A stretch of DNA of 62,417 nucleotides from Candidatus Thorarchaeota archaeon (GCA_016840855.1 JAEORO010000132.1:1-62417); one strand, 5' to 3'. Positions 20,046 to 29,596 are shown, counted from the first letter of the stretch. Translations and numbers: made by a program. The notes: a model not told the origin generated them from the letters alone.

Positions 20046-20390
20046 TTACCTTCTTCCCGTTACCTGAAACGACCAGTCTACTTGGACCATTTCCTCTGGA
20101 AATCCCAGTTTAGCAAGCACTTCTTGGATAGACCCTCGGTGGTCTCCTTGAAGTTCGATGTGACCGTGCTTTGCAGCACCTCCACATGCAAGCTTGGCTT
20201 TCAGTTTGGTCGACAAATCACTGAGGTCGATGTTCTTATCAAAACCCTCGACGATTGTTGTCAAGCGACCCCATTTTCTTCGTTCAATACTTACAGAAAT
20301 CCTCGCCTCTTCCTGTGCTATTGTTTCGCAAACACATAGGTCTTGAGGCAATCCACAATTCGGGCATATTCCGCCTTCGTCGTCGCTCAC
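20046..20390 (-). CDS. sui1: Translation initiation factor aIF1 (SUI1)
   Basis: CGLPQDLCVC, LKAKLACGG, IELQGDH. Confidence 0.96.
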   Translation of the reverse strand: MSDDEGGICPNCGLPQDLCVCETIAQEEARISVSIERRKWGRLTTIVEGFDKNIDLSDLSTKLKAKLACGGAAKHGHIELQGDHRGSIQEVLAKLGFPEEMVQVDWSFQVTGRR

Positions 20391-20526
20391 GCAGCATTGT
20401 ACTCCTTAGTTTTGGCAATCCTTTTTTTTGCCTACGAAAGAAGTAACCCTAGCGCCTTAAAAGTGCTATGAGTCTGTGCAAAAATGAAGTTGAGCAACAG
20501 TAAAGAGCCAACTAATACCTTCATGG

Positions 20527-22134
20527 ATGTTGAGAATGTCCGGTCATGTTCTAATCGTTGATGCCCTCAGTGCTGGTACAGGACAACGTACAAGCTCTAG
20601 GGATTCCATTGGTTGCGGCCCACGCGCAGTCGCAGGTTCCTTTGAATCTCATGGAATACCATGCTCAATCCGCAGGGCTGAAGAGATTCTCTCTAAAAGA
20701 GGAATTCTAAAGCGATTCGACCATCTTGCTGTTAGTGCCATGACAATGGACCTAGCCGCTGTAGAAAAGATAGCCAAGTTTTGGAAAACAAGTCGACCCA
20801 GTGGGAGATTTCTTCTTGGCGGACCAATTGCATCAGCGCCTGATATAGTCCTCAAACAGATTCGACCTCATGTCCTTGTGATGGGTGAAGGCGAAGCCAC
20901 GCTCGATGAATTACTGAAGAATGATTTTCTGGTTGAAAAAATCTCACTCACAGACATTCATGGTATCGCTTATCTTGAATCGGACACACCTAGAATCAAT
21001 AAGACACGGAATATCATCCCAGCAAGTGAACTATCAGAGAGGTATCAACCATCAACTGTTAGGATAACGGACTATAATGACTATCAAGCTTGCAAGGTGT
21101 ATGTTGAGGTACTCCGCGGGTGTTCGAATTTCCGGAGACCAAGGTATCCTCTAATTAAAGGAACACAATGTACAGAGTGTGGCAACTGTGATGCTGAAGA
21201 CCCATTAGTACGAATGAACTGTCCTGAAGACATTCCCCCGGGGTGTGGATTTTGTAGTGTTCCTGGTACGTGGGGTCCACCCAGAAGTAAGACTTCGAAC
21301 TCAATTGTTCAAGAAATCAAAGAGTTACTTGATCTCGGAGTGCATAGAATCACTCTCGAAGCCCCATGTTTCTTAGACTATATGCGCGGTAGTGAGCCTT
21401 TGACGGATCCCTGCAATCCACCTGCGAATCTAAAAGCAATTGAAGATCTTCTGGGAAAGCTCAACACGTTACCACAAGTTTCTGCAGGATCTATCCATAT
21501 AGGTATTGAGAACATGAAGGCCTGTCTTTTCACAGATGAAGTCGCTAATACATTGAAGAGATCCCTAATCTCCAGCTCTCCCAATATTGGACTCGAAACT
21601 GGGTCCGAATATCACATGCGGCAAATTGGAAAGTGTGGAAGTCCTGAGGATGTTATTCGAGCAGTTCGTGTCGCCAGAGCCCATGATATGAAACCTTTCG
21701 TGTACTTGATTTATGGACTCCCTGGTGAAACTGCAGAAACAACAGAACAATCAGTCAAGATTCTACGGAAAGTGAGCGAAGCAGGCGCAGAGAGGATCAT
21801 CCTCTATGGTTTTCGACCACTACCCGGGTCCGCATTTGCTGACTATCCCGAGTCCTCATTAAAAGACGATTTTGGTCAAATCTTACGAAGAGAAACTGAG
21901 AAGATAAATCGGAACAAGAAGAACCAGTATGTCGGAAAAATTGTACGAGGGATTGCTGCAGAGCAATCAAAAACGCATCATGGATTCACTATGGTCTACC
22001 CTCTTGAGGAAGGTCCGATGATGACTGTGCCGGGTGGATTCACAACTGGGACTCTATTACACGTGAATGTAACGCGTGTGCTGAGTAGTGGTCTTGTGGA
22101 AGGAAAGGTCGTTGAGAAGGAACAAGAAGATTGA
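20527..22134 (+). CDS. B12-binding-domain radical SAM protein with C-terminal TRAM-like region
   Basis: LGGP/GEGE N-domain, EVLRGC...GCGFC, IGLETGS, YGLPGET. Confidence 0.88.
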   Translation: MLRMSGHVLIVDALSAGTGQRTSSRDSIGCGPRAVAGSFESHGIPCSIRRAEEILSKRGILKRFDHLAVSAMTMDLAAVEKIAKFWKTSRPSGRFLLGGPIASAPDIVLKQIRPHVLVMGEGEATLDELLKNDFLVEKISLTDIHGIAYLESDTPRINKTRNIIPASELSERYQPSTVRITDYNDYQACKVYVEVLRGCSNFRRPRYPLIKGTQCTECGNCDAEDPLVRMNCPEDIPPGCGFCSVPGTWGPPRSKTSNSIVQEIKELLDLGVHRITLEAPCFLDYMRGSEPLTDPCNPPANLKAIEDLLGKLNTLPQVSAGSIHIGIENMKACLFTDEVANTLKRSLISSSPNIGLETGSEYHMRQIGKCGSPEDVIRAVRVARAHDMKPFVYLIYGLPGETAETTEQSVKILRKVSEAGAERIILYGFRPLPGSAFADYPESSLKDDFGQILRRETEKINRNKKNQYVGKIVRGIAAEQSKTHHGFTMVYPLEEGPMMTVPGGFTTGTLLHVNVTRVLSSGLVEGKVVEKEQED

Positions 22135-22200
22135 GGGGGTCGTAAGAAAAGCTTCATATGGGCTTCACTTTTCTTTGACGCTATTGGAGTTGAATTTCAT

Positions 22201-22344
22201 TTGGTCTACGTATGCCATAAGTGTCATCGCGAGGTAACTCCCGAAGGTCTGAAGACACTACCAGGTGTGAAATGCCCATACTGTGGTGGTAGAATACTAT
22301 ACAAGATCCGCCCGCCAGTCGTTAAGCGTGTCAAAGGCGTCTAG
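22201..22344 (+). CDS. rpoP: RNA polymerase subunit Rpo12 (P)
   Basis: Missed by track. TTG start: MVYVCHKCHREVTPEGLKTLPGVKCPYCGGRILYKIRPPVVKRVKGV. Confidence 0.93.
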   Translation: MVYVCHKCHREVTPEGLKTLPGVKCPYCGGRILYKIRPPVVKRVKGV

Positions 22345-22363
22345 ATTTTTCAATCCCCCTGAT

Positions 22364-22462
22364 TCAAGGCTTGTAAATCTGATAGATGACAATAATAAAT
22401 GATGCTAGGAATAGAAAAATCAAAAACGCCGCTGCAGCCTTGATTTTAATTGAACGTTTCAT
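22364..22462 (-). CDS. 32-aa single-pass membrane microprotein
   Basis: Missed by track. MKRSIKIKAAAAFLIFLFLASFIIVIYQIYKP; ATG 2 nt after the Get3 stop, GAGGT upstream. Confidence 0.65.
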   Translation of the reverse strand: MKRSIKIKAAAAFLIFLFLASFIIVIYQIYKP

Positions 22463-22464
22463 CT

Positions 22465-23427
22465 TCATTCAACCTCTTCACCAATCAGTATCTTACCTAG
22501 TTTTGTAAGACCTTCAATGCCTCTTATCTCTCCATCGAAAAGCGGAACCTCAGTCAGGTCCATGTCAGAATATAGCTCCCTAATATCATCCAGATTTGAT
22601 TGTTGCATTTCATATCTCTTTGAACAAAAGCTGCAGGACGGATTTGGAGGTACTAGTTGATTAATGATTAGATGAGTTGCAGGAATGTGCCAAGAACCCA
22701 AGCTCGCAAGTAATCTCTGTGTTTCGAAGACAGCCATCGCTTCTGGAATCATGACAACTACAAATTGTGTTGTATCTGGATCCGATAATTCAATTCTTGC
22801 GGCACGGATTTTATCCTTTGTTTGCTGGATCATTTGCCAAGAGCTATCCTCTTGGTCACCACCCCCGAAAAACCCACGAAGTGCCCCCATCATAGAACTC
22901 AGTCGTTGTCTCAGTGTGAGCATCTTCCCAAGCCAACTATCTAAGAGGTCTGGCAGTTCGAGCAGTTTGAGAGTATGCCCTGTTGGAGCTGTATCAAAGA
23001 TAACACGGTCATATGATGAATCTTCTATAAATTCAAGGATCTTCCCAAAAGCCATGGCTTCATCTGATCCTGGAGGCGCCATTCCAGTCATATCGCCCAT
23101 TAGACCTGCTGCCATTTGTGCCTCAGGACCAATATTGCCATCTCCAATCACTTTTTGAAAGTCCTCCATGCCTTTCTCAGTGCTTATCTCCATTCCCCAC
23201 AGATTGTCAAAGCCTTCAATTGGGATAACATCTCCTCCTGACAAGTCTTGGTCAAAACTATCACTGAGACTGTGCGCTGGGTCTGTGGAGAGCACTAGTG
23301 TCCGGAAGCCATGCTGCGCAGAAAGGACCGCCATAGCTCCTGCACTGCTGGTTTTTCCGACTCCACCTTTGCCTCCTGAGAGAATGAACTTTACCGTATC
23401 CTTGTAAATGATATCTCGTAGGGTCAT
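22465..23427 (-). CDS. Get3/TRC40-type ArsA-family ATPase
   Basis: GKGGVGKT, STDPAHSLSD, DTAPTGHT, CSFC; single ATPase domain. Confidence 0.93.
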   Translation of the reverse strand: MTLRDIIYKDTVKFILSGGKGGVGKTSSAGAMAVLSAQHGFRTLVLSTDPAHSLSDSFDQDLSGGDVIPIEGFDNLWGMEISTEKGMEDFQKVIGDGNIGPEAQMAAGLMGDMTGMAPPGSDEAMAFGKILEFIEDSSYDRVIFDTAPTGHTLKLLELPDLLDSWLGKMLTLRQRLSSMMGALRGFFGGGDQEDSSWQMIQQTKDKIRAARIELSDPDTTQFVVVMIPEAMAVFETQRLLASLGSWHIPATHLIINQLVPPNPSCSFCSKRYEMQQSNLDDIRELYSDMDLTEVPLFDGEIRGIEGLTKLGKILIGEEVE

Positions 23428-23597
23428 AGACCTGCCTCTATCTGGGGAACCTTCCGCTGAGGTTTTTAAGCCTTCCATAGGCCATAGGTTAAAGAAGCTT
23501 GAAGAATTAACCGTCATGTGCGCTCAATAATCGACACACACACAAGCTTCTTGAATACTATACAGGATTACATTGGATAACCACCGAGGAAAGTTTA

Positions 23598-24314
23598 ATG
23601 TCGTTTCCACAGGTTCGCACCACAGCACTCGAGTTTCCTGCAACAGTCTTGAAACTCTTGGGATTAGAGGTTCCTGAAGGGCTCTTTGCTCCAAATGAAG
23701 AGTTGCTGCGGAAATTTAACCCGAAATCTGTAGTTATCATTATGATAGATAATTTCGGGCTCTTCGAAGCAGTGGTGTACAAACCTGAGGCGCTCATCAA
23801 GAACATGGAGGTATTAGCTCTTCTTGAAACTAATGATCCATATGCAATGTCTCTCATCAAAAGACTTCTGAGAGGCCACAGAACTGACTTTCACCTTGTC
23901 CAGCATGCCAAAAATAATGGAAAAGTAACCCGCGTCATCTGTCGAGAAGAGGATATGGTTCAATTTGATTTTGATCCATCATACACAATTAGACCACGTG
24001 ATGATATGGCTACCTACATTGAAGCAACCAAACACATCTTCAAGAGTGAGCTTCTATATCTTCATTTCCTAGACTTTGAGAGCCTCTACGCGCAGTATGG
24101 CCATCGGACGCCTCCAAAAACGTTGCTTGAAAAGATTGTACGACGAACTGACAATTGGATCAAGGTGCTTCTTAAACAAGCTCGAATAGGAACACTGTTT
24201 ATTGTAGTTGGCAACCATGGGCGGCATCCTATTCCCCTTGATTATGATGGAAAGCTTGCAGAATGGCGGAAGGCCAATTCCCCAATAGCTATGATGTTTC
24301 AGAAGCGAGCCTGA
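23598..24314 (+). CDS. Divergent alkaline-phosphatase-superfamily-like protein
   Basis: VVIIMIDNFG, LYLHFLDFE, IVVGNHG resemble AlkP core motifs. Confidence 0.55.
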   Translation: MSFPQVRTTALEFPATVLKLLGLEVPEGLFAPNEELLRKFNPKSVVIIMIDNFGLFEAVVYKPEALIKNMEVLALLETNDPYAMSLIKRLLRGHRTDFHLVQHAKNNGKVTRVICREEDMVQFDFDPSYTIRPRDDMATYIEATKHIFKSELLYLHFLDFESLYAQYGHRTPPKTLLEKIVRRTDNWIKVLLKQARIGTLFIVVGNHGRHPIPLDYDGKLAEWRKANSPIAMMFQKRA

Positions 24315-24321
24315 TGATCTT

Positions 24322-25122
24322 CTAAAATTGTATCAAAGCAGGAATCCCAAATAAAATCGCCACGACAGCGAGAACCAAACATAGTTTCCAAAAGCTGACT
24401 CTTCTTGCCAATCTTAATAGAAATTCCATCGATGCCAAACCTGTTATGAACACGATTCCTTCAATCACAATGATATCTAATGTTTCAACTCCTGCAGGCA
24501 GCGTGTGTCCTGATATGACTTCCAAGATGAATATTGCTAGAACTGCAGGCACACTCATTAAGAAACTGAACCTCATAGCAGTTTCCTTGTCTATTCTCTG
24601 CATTAGAAGGGCTGAGATTGTAACTCCTGATCTACTCAAACCAGGCAACACAGCAAGTCCCTGAACCAGACCAGTCGTGACCGCTTCCTTATCCTCAACC
24701 TCTAGTTTGGTGTCCACAACTTCTTCTTCTCCTCGTCTTGTTGGAAGATATAGTATAATGGCTGTTACTAGAAGGAATATACCGACAATCACGTTCAAGA
24801 GTTCACCATGTTCTGCTGCTAGACTGTTCCTAAGGAATACATAGATTGGTACTCCAGTGATGGCTGTACTCAATGTTGCAACTAGCAGGAGTTTGAAGAG
24901 TTTCTTATCCTTTAAACTCAATATCTCAAATATGAGCCTTGGATATCTCACTACCACAGCTAGAGCTGTTCCAAGATGAAGCCAAACGATGAGCGCGATT
25001 ATTTCTTCTTGGCTGACGGGTGTGAAGTTATACAAGAACAGGAATACCTGACCTTCGCTACTTATTGGGAGCCATTCAACCAGACCTTGAATGAGCGCAA
25101 CAATGACATGCCAGAGATCCAC
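24322..25122 (-). CDS. uppP: Undecaprenyl/polyprenyl-diphosphatase (BacA family)
   Basis: QGLVEWLPISSEG, HLGT, PGLSRSG, FSFLMSVP. Confidence 0.93.
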   Translation of the reverse strand: MDLWHVIVALIQGLVEWLPISSEGQVFLFLYNFTPVSQEEIIALIVWLHLGTALAVVVRYPRLIFEILSLKDKKLFKLLLVATLSTAITGVPIYVFLRNSLAAEHGELLNVIVGIFLLVTAIILYLPTRRGEEEVVDTKLEVEDKEAVTTGLVQGLAVLPGLSRSGVTISALLMQRIDKETAMRFSFLMSVPAVLAIFILEVISGHTLPAGVETLDIIVIEGIVFITGLASMEFLLRLARRVSFWKLCLVLAVVAILFGIPALIQF

Positions 25123-25228
25123 TATTCTTTTCTCCTGTTTTGCTCAAGGTCCAGAAGAATTAAAAAGCTACTCTAATCGACTCAGCTCAATAAGGGTGCG
25201 TACAATGGTTCTTGATAATGGACGGTTC

Positions 25229-25867
25229 ATGAGTTCTGAACTAGGAAACATCACACAAATGCTGGATGAGCATTTCCGTGTTGCAGTATCAGCGAACAAG
25301 ATTGTAGTCAACGCAATCACAGATTGGCTCGAAGGAAAGAAGTCTATAGAATCGGAAGAATTGGCAAAAATCACAGATTTGGAGGAAAAAGGTGATGCGG
25401 TGAAGCGCACTATTCTCAATGAACTTGCTAAAGCGAGTTCCCTCATGCAGCGCGAAGACCTTCTCAAACTAGTTTTTTACAATGATAAATCTGTAGATGG
25501 TGCTGAGATTGCATGCTACCACTTGGCGGCAGTCGTTGGTCAATGGACTCCGAACGGTGAATTAAAAGATAATATCAAAGAACTTGGAGAATTGATGAGT
25601 TCTCAACTTTCTGCACAACGGGAAGCAGTTCGATTTTTATCAATAAACATGGAGGAGTCGATGAAACGTGCTGATGAAATCTGTAAACTCGAGAAGCAAA
25701 TAGATGCTGTACAGAGGAAGATAGTATCTTTGTTGTATCCACTTGATATTCCCACTGCAGTAATGCTACGATTTCGGGACTTCATAAACATGCTAGAGGA
25801 TATTGCTAACTTCAGTGAAGACGCAGCACTCGTAATTCGGACACTCTCACTCACGCTCAACAGTTGA
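25229..25867 (+). CDS. DUF47 (PhoU-like) protein
   Basis: LEEKGDAVKR, REDLLKL, LEKQID, EDIANFSED. Confidence 0.85.
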   Translation: MSSELGNITQMLDEHFRVAVSANKIVVNAITDWLEGKKSIESEELAKITDLEEKGDAVKRTILNELAKASSLMQREDLLKLVFYNDKSVDGAEIACYHLAAVVGQWTPNGELKDNIKELGELMSSQLSAQREAVRFLSINMEESMKRADEICKLEKQIDAVQRKIVSLLYPLDIPTAVMLRFRDFINMLEDIANFSEDAALVIRTLSLTLNS

Positions 25868-25885
25868 TGTAGTCGGTGCAATGAA

Positions 25886-26449
25886 TTGGCAGAAAACTCC
25901 TCAATAGCAGAAGCCAGACTTGTAGGCGACAGAGGAATCATTTGGAATCCGAATCATGGCATGCGGCTTTATGAGGATGGTTACTTTGGTCAACCAGTAG
26001 GAATTAGAAAGCCTAAGTCCTCAGTTTTCGACAAACCGCTCGAATTATCATTGATAGAATGTGTATATCTCACAGAGCAAAAACGATTGAAAGTTAGACG
26101 TCATGATGATGATAGGGTTCTCAGTGTTGAAGACCTCCTTCGGCTAGGTTCTGAATGGTCCGAAGATTTCAGAGACCGCTTCATTGTATATTCACAGTTA
26201 CGTGAACGTGGATATGTTGTACGCCCTGGATTGAAGTTTGGGACTGATTTTGCAGTCTATGAATATGGTCCCGGAAAAGATCATGCACCTTTTCTTGTCC
26301 ATGTGATTCCTCAAAGAAAAGGTGTTGTTCCACTTGATATTGTTCGCGCTGGGCGTTTGGCTACGAGTGTACGGAAGAAATTCATAATTGCTACTGTGAA
26401 AGAAACCAGTGATGTGGCATACTACTCCTTTGTGTGGCATAGACCTTAG
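25886..26449 (+). CDS. endA: tRNA-splicing endonuclease (single-unit type)
   Basis: LSLIECVYL, VYSQLRERGY, GLKFGTDFAVY, HAPFLV, SVRK catalytic Y/H/K. Confidence 0.96.
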   Translation: MAENSSIAEARLVGDRGIIWNPNHGMRLYEDGYFGQPVGIRKPKSSVFDKPLELSLIECVYLTEQKRLKVRRHDDDRVLSVEDLLRLGSEWSEDFRDRFIVYSQLRERGYVVRPGLKFGTDFAVYEYGPGKDHAPFLVHVIPQRKGVVPLDIVRAGRLATSVRKKFIIATVKETSDVAYYSFVWHRP

Positions 26450-26526
26450 ACTATACTCAATCAGCAAAACAGTTAAGTTTGCAATTACGTTGTTTCGTAC
26501 AATATCTGGCCCCAGAGGTTATCTTG

Positions 26527-26844
26527 ATGGCTGATAAAGCTGAAAATGCAAAAGCTTTTGGTGTGCTGTTGGCTCAAGCTTGGGAGAACACTCCCTCGTT
26601 TATCTGCAGCAACGAAGACTACATCTATTGTCTTTTCCCTTCAGACGAAACAAAGACAAAATGGATAGAAGCATCGCTTACTTTTCCCGATGGTTCTTTC
26701 GATAAGAAGGACATTGACTCTGACAAGGCAATAGCTCTTCTAATTGAAGAGTTGAAAGTGCTACCGACTTATGGTGCAAACACAATAGTCACAACAAAAG
26801 CCCAGCTAGATGAAGTGAGTAGTCGACTGGGTACGCTATCATGA
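26527..26844 (+). CDS. Hypothetical protein
   Basis: ORF with GAGGT before ATG; no family recognised. Confidence 0.7.
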   Translation: MADKAENAKAFGVLLAQAWENTPSFICSNEDYIYCLFPSDETKTKWIEASLTFPDGSFDKKDIDSDKAIALLIEELKVLPTYGANTIVTTKAQLDEVSSRLGTLS

Positions 26845-26908
26845 AATAGATCGTAATCAAAGCGGACATTTGTCCGATTAATAACTTCATCATGGATGAT
26901 GCTAAGCC

Positions 26909-27709
26909 ATGTCTGACCCGCTTGTAACTTGCCCCTCCTGTGGTTTGGATGTCCCTGAAGGGCGATACTGTAAGATTTGTGGAAAACCACTTGTTGCAGA
27001 ATATTCTACAAATCCCCCAGAAAAAGAACCACTGTCTGAGGACAAGATAGATCTCGTTGCTCCTTCTTTAAAAGCTGAAAGACTAGTTCTACCTCATTTC
27101 GATATTTCAATTGAAGACATGGAAAAAGAGGCTGCTATCATACTTCTATCTAGATCGGAGCTTGATGTTGTAGATTTGGAACTTGATAGCATAATCGAAC
27201 GGACCAAAGCAACTAGGCAGGCTCTGCAGCTTCAAAAAGCAAACAAACAGGTGCTAACTATCAGGGCTGAGGAGCTGCGTGAAGAATTCGAGAAGACTAA
27301 AAACCGTCGAAGAGAATTGGCAGCTGTTTCAGGACCAATAATCCTAGAAAGGTTACTGGATGCTTTAGACAAGGATGAACAGCGGCTAGAAAAACTCGAA
27401 GAAATCTCAGGAACCGTTGACAAGAGTGTCTACAAAGAGCAACGAACTGAGATACTCAGCTCAATCAAAGAAATTCGTGAGAATCTAAAAGTAGCCATCA
27501 AGACCGTTAAAAAGTGGGTTAAGGGGATTAAAAAGACACTGAAGAACCTTGACAAGGAAATGAGCAGGATTGAAGCCAAATTCAAGATTGGCGACATATC
27601 GCGAGATTCCTATGAGTCCACAAAAGTAAAACTTGAACGAAACACCAAGATTGTGGAAGGTGGCCAGGAGAGATTGATATCACTACTCAGAACTGCTGAG
27701 AAGAGATGA
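26909..27709 (+). CDS. Zinc-ribbon plus long coiled-coil protein, CdvA-like C-terminal motif
   Basis: CPSCG..YCKICG; heptads; IEAKFKIGDISRDSYE. Confidence 0.7.
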   Translation: MSDPLVTCPSCGLDVPEGRYCKICGKPLVAEYSTNPPEKEPLSEDKIDLVAPSLKAERLVLPHFDISIEDMEKEAAIILLSRSELDVVDLELDSIIERTKATRQALQLQKANKQVLTIRAEELREEFEKTKNRRRELAAVSGPIILERLLDALDKDEQRLEKLEEISGTVDKSVYKEQRTEILSSIKEIRENLKVAIKTVKKWVKGIKKTLKNLDKEMSRIEAKFKIGDISRDSYESTKVKLERNTKIVEGGQERLISLLRTAEKR

Positions 27710-27737
27710 ACATGAACAAACTTTGGAGCGGTCAGTA

Positions 27738-28037
27738 ATGGTCAGCAACAATGTCGAATGTACAGCTCTATGTGAGAAATTCATGTGCGGCAAGAAGCCG
27801 CCTGCACTAAAAATCAGAAAACAAGGAAAGAAGGACTTAGTCTGGTGCACATGGATCGATGAAGAATGCGATCAGGGCTGGTGTGTTCATTCTAAGTGTG
27901 CAATTCGTAAATTGTCACAGGACGGGAAGTGCCTCCATACTACTATACCTGTATCAACTGATGTTCGAACCAGGCTTGATGATCCATACCCCGATTCTAT
28001 GCCAAGGGACATCGCAAAGAAGTTCAAACTACGATAG
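27738..28037 (+). CDS. Cys-rich small hypothetical protein
   Basis: Eight Cys in about 100 aa; follows the coiled-coil gene. Confidence 0.65.
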   Translation: MVSNNVECTALCEKFMCGKKPPALKIRKQGKKDLVWCTWIDEECDQGWCVHSKCAIRKLSQDGKCLHTTIPVSTDVRTRLDDPYPDSMPRDIAKKFKLR

Positions 28038-28117
28038 AAAATCGTCTTACAGTTGGTCTTCATTGCACAATGTCTATAAGTAACACATCGGGTGCTGTTC
28101 GATGAAGGTGAACTAAA

Positions 28118-28255
28118 GTGTTCGAGGAACTCCGCCCAGAAATGCGGGCACTGATTTACTTCATGGTTGGAATATCCCTCCTTGGAATAGGTATCCTTCT
28201 TGGTCAGGCAGCTTTTGCTGTTGGCTTACTTCCTGGTCCATCGCCAGCTCCCTAA
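28118..28255 (+). CDS. 45-aa single-pass membrane microprotein
   Basis: Missed by track. GTG after AAGGTGA: MFEELRPEMRALIYFMVGISLLGIGILLGQAAFAVGLLPGPSPAP. Confidence 0.7.
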   Translation: MFEELRPEMRALIYFMVGISLLGIGILLGQAAFAVGLLPGPSPAP

Positions 28256-28265
28256 CATAGAGTGA

Positions 28266-29264
28266 TTGGACTTGAGTCGTCTCGAAGAAATCTTGAAGCT
28301 CCTCCTGAGCTTTGATGGTATCTCACGAAAATTCGTGCTTCCTTCTATTATTGATAGGCTTCGGCTGGAATCTTATAATGGTAATACACCGCATAGCCTA
28401 GGAGAAGACTCTGCGGCGATAGGGACGGATTCTGACGATTTTGTGCTCCTTACTACAGATGCGATTGTTGAAGATCTGTGTTTCAATCACCCTTATGCGG
28501 CAGGATTTAATGCTGTACTTGCAAATATGATGGACATCTATGCTGCAGGTGGAACACCAACCTCATTTGCAGTTGCTCTATCATATTCTGATCCTAAAAT
28601 TGGAAATGCATTACTTGATGGTTTAATCAGCGGGTCTCAAATATTTCGTGTTCCTATTGTTAGAGGTCACACAAACCCACGGTCGAGCTCTACGTATGTT
28701 GTTGGATCTGCAACGGGCACGGTGGCAAAAACAAACCTTCTCACAGCAGGAGGCACCGAATCTGGTGACATCTTGATTCTGCTGTTTGATGAAGTCGGAC
28801 AAAGAGGCGAGAGCTATACACTGGGGTGGGACTCAGTAACAGGTCGCACGTCTGATGATGTTGTACTTAGACTCTCTGTGATGAATGAACTTGCCAATGA
28901 GCGAATTTTGACAGCTGCAAAGGATGTGTCCGTCGCTGGAATAATTGGTACAGCTGGAATGATGTTGGAATATTCAGGGTGCGGAGGTACTGTAAGCTTG
29001 GACTCTCTCGATTCTACGTGTCCGTCTGAAATTCCTCTCGAAGACTGGATTCGGATGTTCATCTCGCTGGGTTTTCTTGTATCGACATCTGAAGAGAATC
29101 TGCCAGAAGTGAAGCGAATTGCGAAAGCACATGGACTGAGAGCCACAGTCATTGGGCGAGCTGATGAGTCCAAGGCTGTCAAACTAGTACTTAATGATGA
29201 AGAATGTGTATTCTTTGATTTTTCAAATGGAGGTATTCTTACCCCGAAGAATTTGAATACATGA
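28266..29264 (+). CDS. PurM/AIR-synthase-superfamily protein (methanogenesis marker 2/sll0787-like)
   Basis: GEDSAAI, TTDAI, NMMDIYAAGG, RGHT, AKDVSVAGIIGT. Confidence 0.85.
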   Translation: MDLSRLEEILKLLLSFDGISRKFVLPSIIDRLRLESYNGNTPHSLGEDSAAIGTDSDDFVLLTTDAIVEDLCFNHPYAAGFNAVLANMMDIYAAGGTPTSFAVALSYSDPKIGNALLDGLISGSQIFRVPIVRGHTNPRSSSTYVVGSATGTVAKTNLLTAGGTESGDILILLFDEVGQRGESYTLGWDSVTGRTSDDVVLRLSVMNELANERILTAAKDVSVAGIIGTAGMMLEYSGCGGTVSLDSLDSTCPSEIPLEDWIRMFISLGFLVSTSEENLPEVKRIAKAHGLRATVIGRADESKAVKLVLNDEECVFFDFSNGGILTPKNLNT

Positions 29265-29313
29265 TGTCAATGCGCTATAGTTATAATAGAGAATAACAGG
29301 TAATGCACTCGAA

Positions 29314-29538
29314 GTGTCCCAAGTGTCAGAAGATAAGATTTGCAGCATTGTTGGTTGTAGGAAGCCTTCAAAGAGATCTATGAAGAGAGATAGGATTGCT
29401 GAGAGTGTAGCAAAATCCAATCTCAAGGTTAAAGACGCACAATCAAGGACAATCTACTTATGCGCTGATCACTGGAAAGCAGTGAAGAAGGTTTTCAAGA
29501 AAGAAACAAAACCAGAACGACTTCGTTGGGGTCATTAG
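29314..29538 (+). CDS. Small basic zinc-finger protein
   Basis: CSIVGC...YLCADHWK. Confidence 0.75.
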   Translation: MSQVSEDKICSIVGCRKPSKRSMKRDRIAESVAKSNLKVKDAQSRTIYLCADHWKAVKKVFKKETKPERLRWGH

Positions 29539-29596
29539 AACTCGCAAATCTGATCGCAAATTTGCTCCTGAGACCTTGCAGATGGAGTGGTTTCAA

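Noticed and set aside
22132-22201. Radical SAM TGA is in frame with rpoP with no intervening stop
   Set aside because: rpoP has its own GGAG RBS and normal length; a fusion is implausible
25865-25886. DUF47 TGA stop is in frame with endA via CSRCNE, suggesting Sec readthrough fusion
   Set aside because: Both proteins are complete alone, a short in-frame spacer is likely by chance, and no SECIS-like element was seen
28266-29264. Calling this gene selD or thiL
   Set aside because: Lacks the SelD catalytic N-terminal motif; overall pattern fits the marker-2/sll0787-like group better
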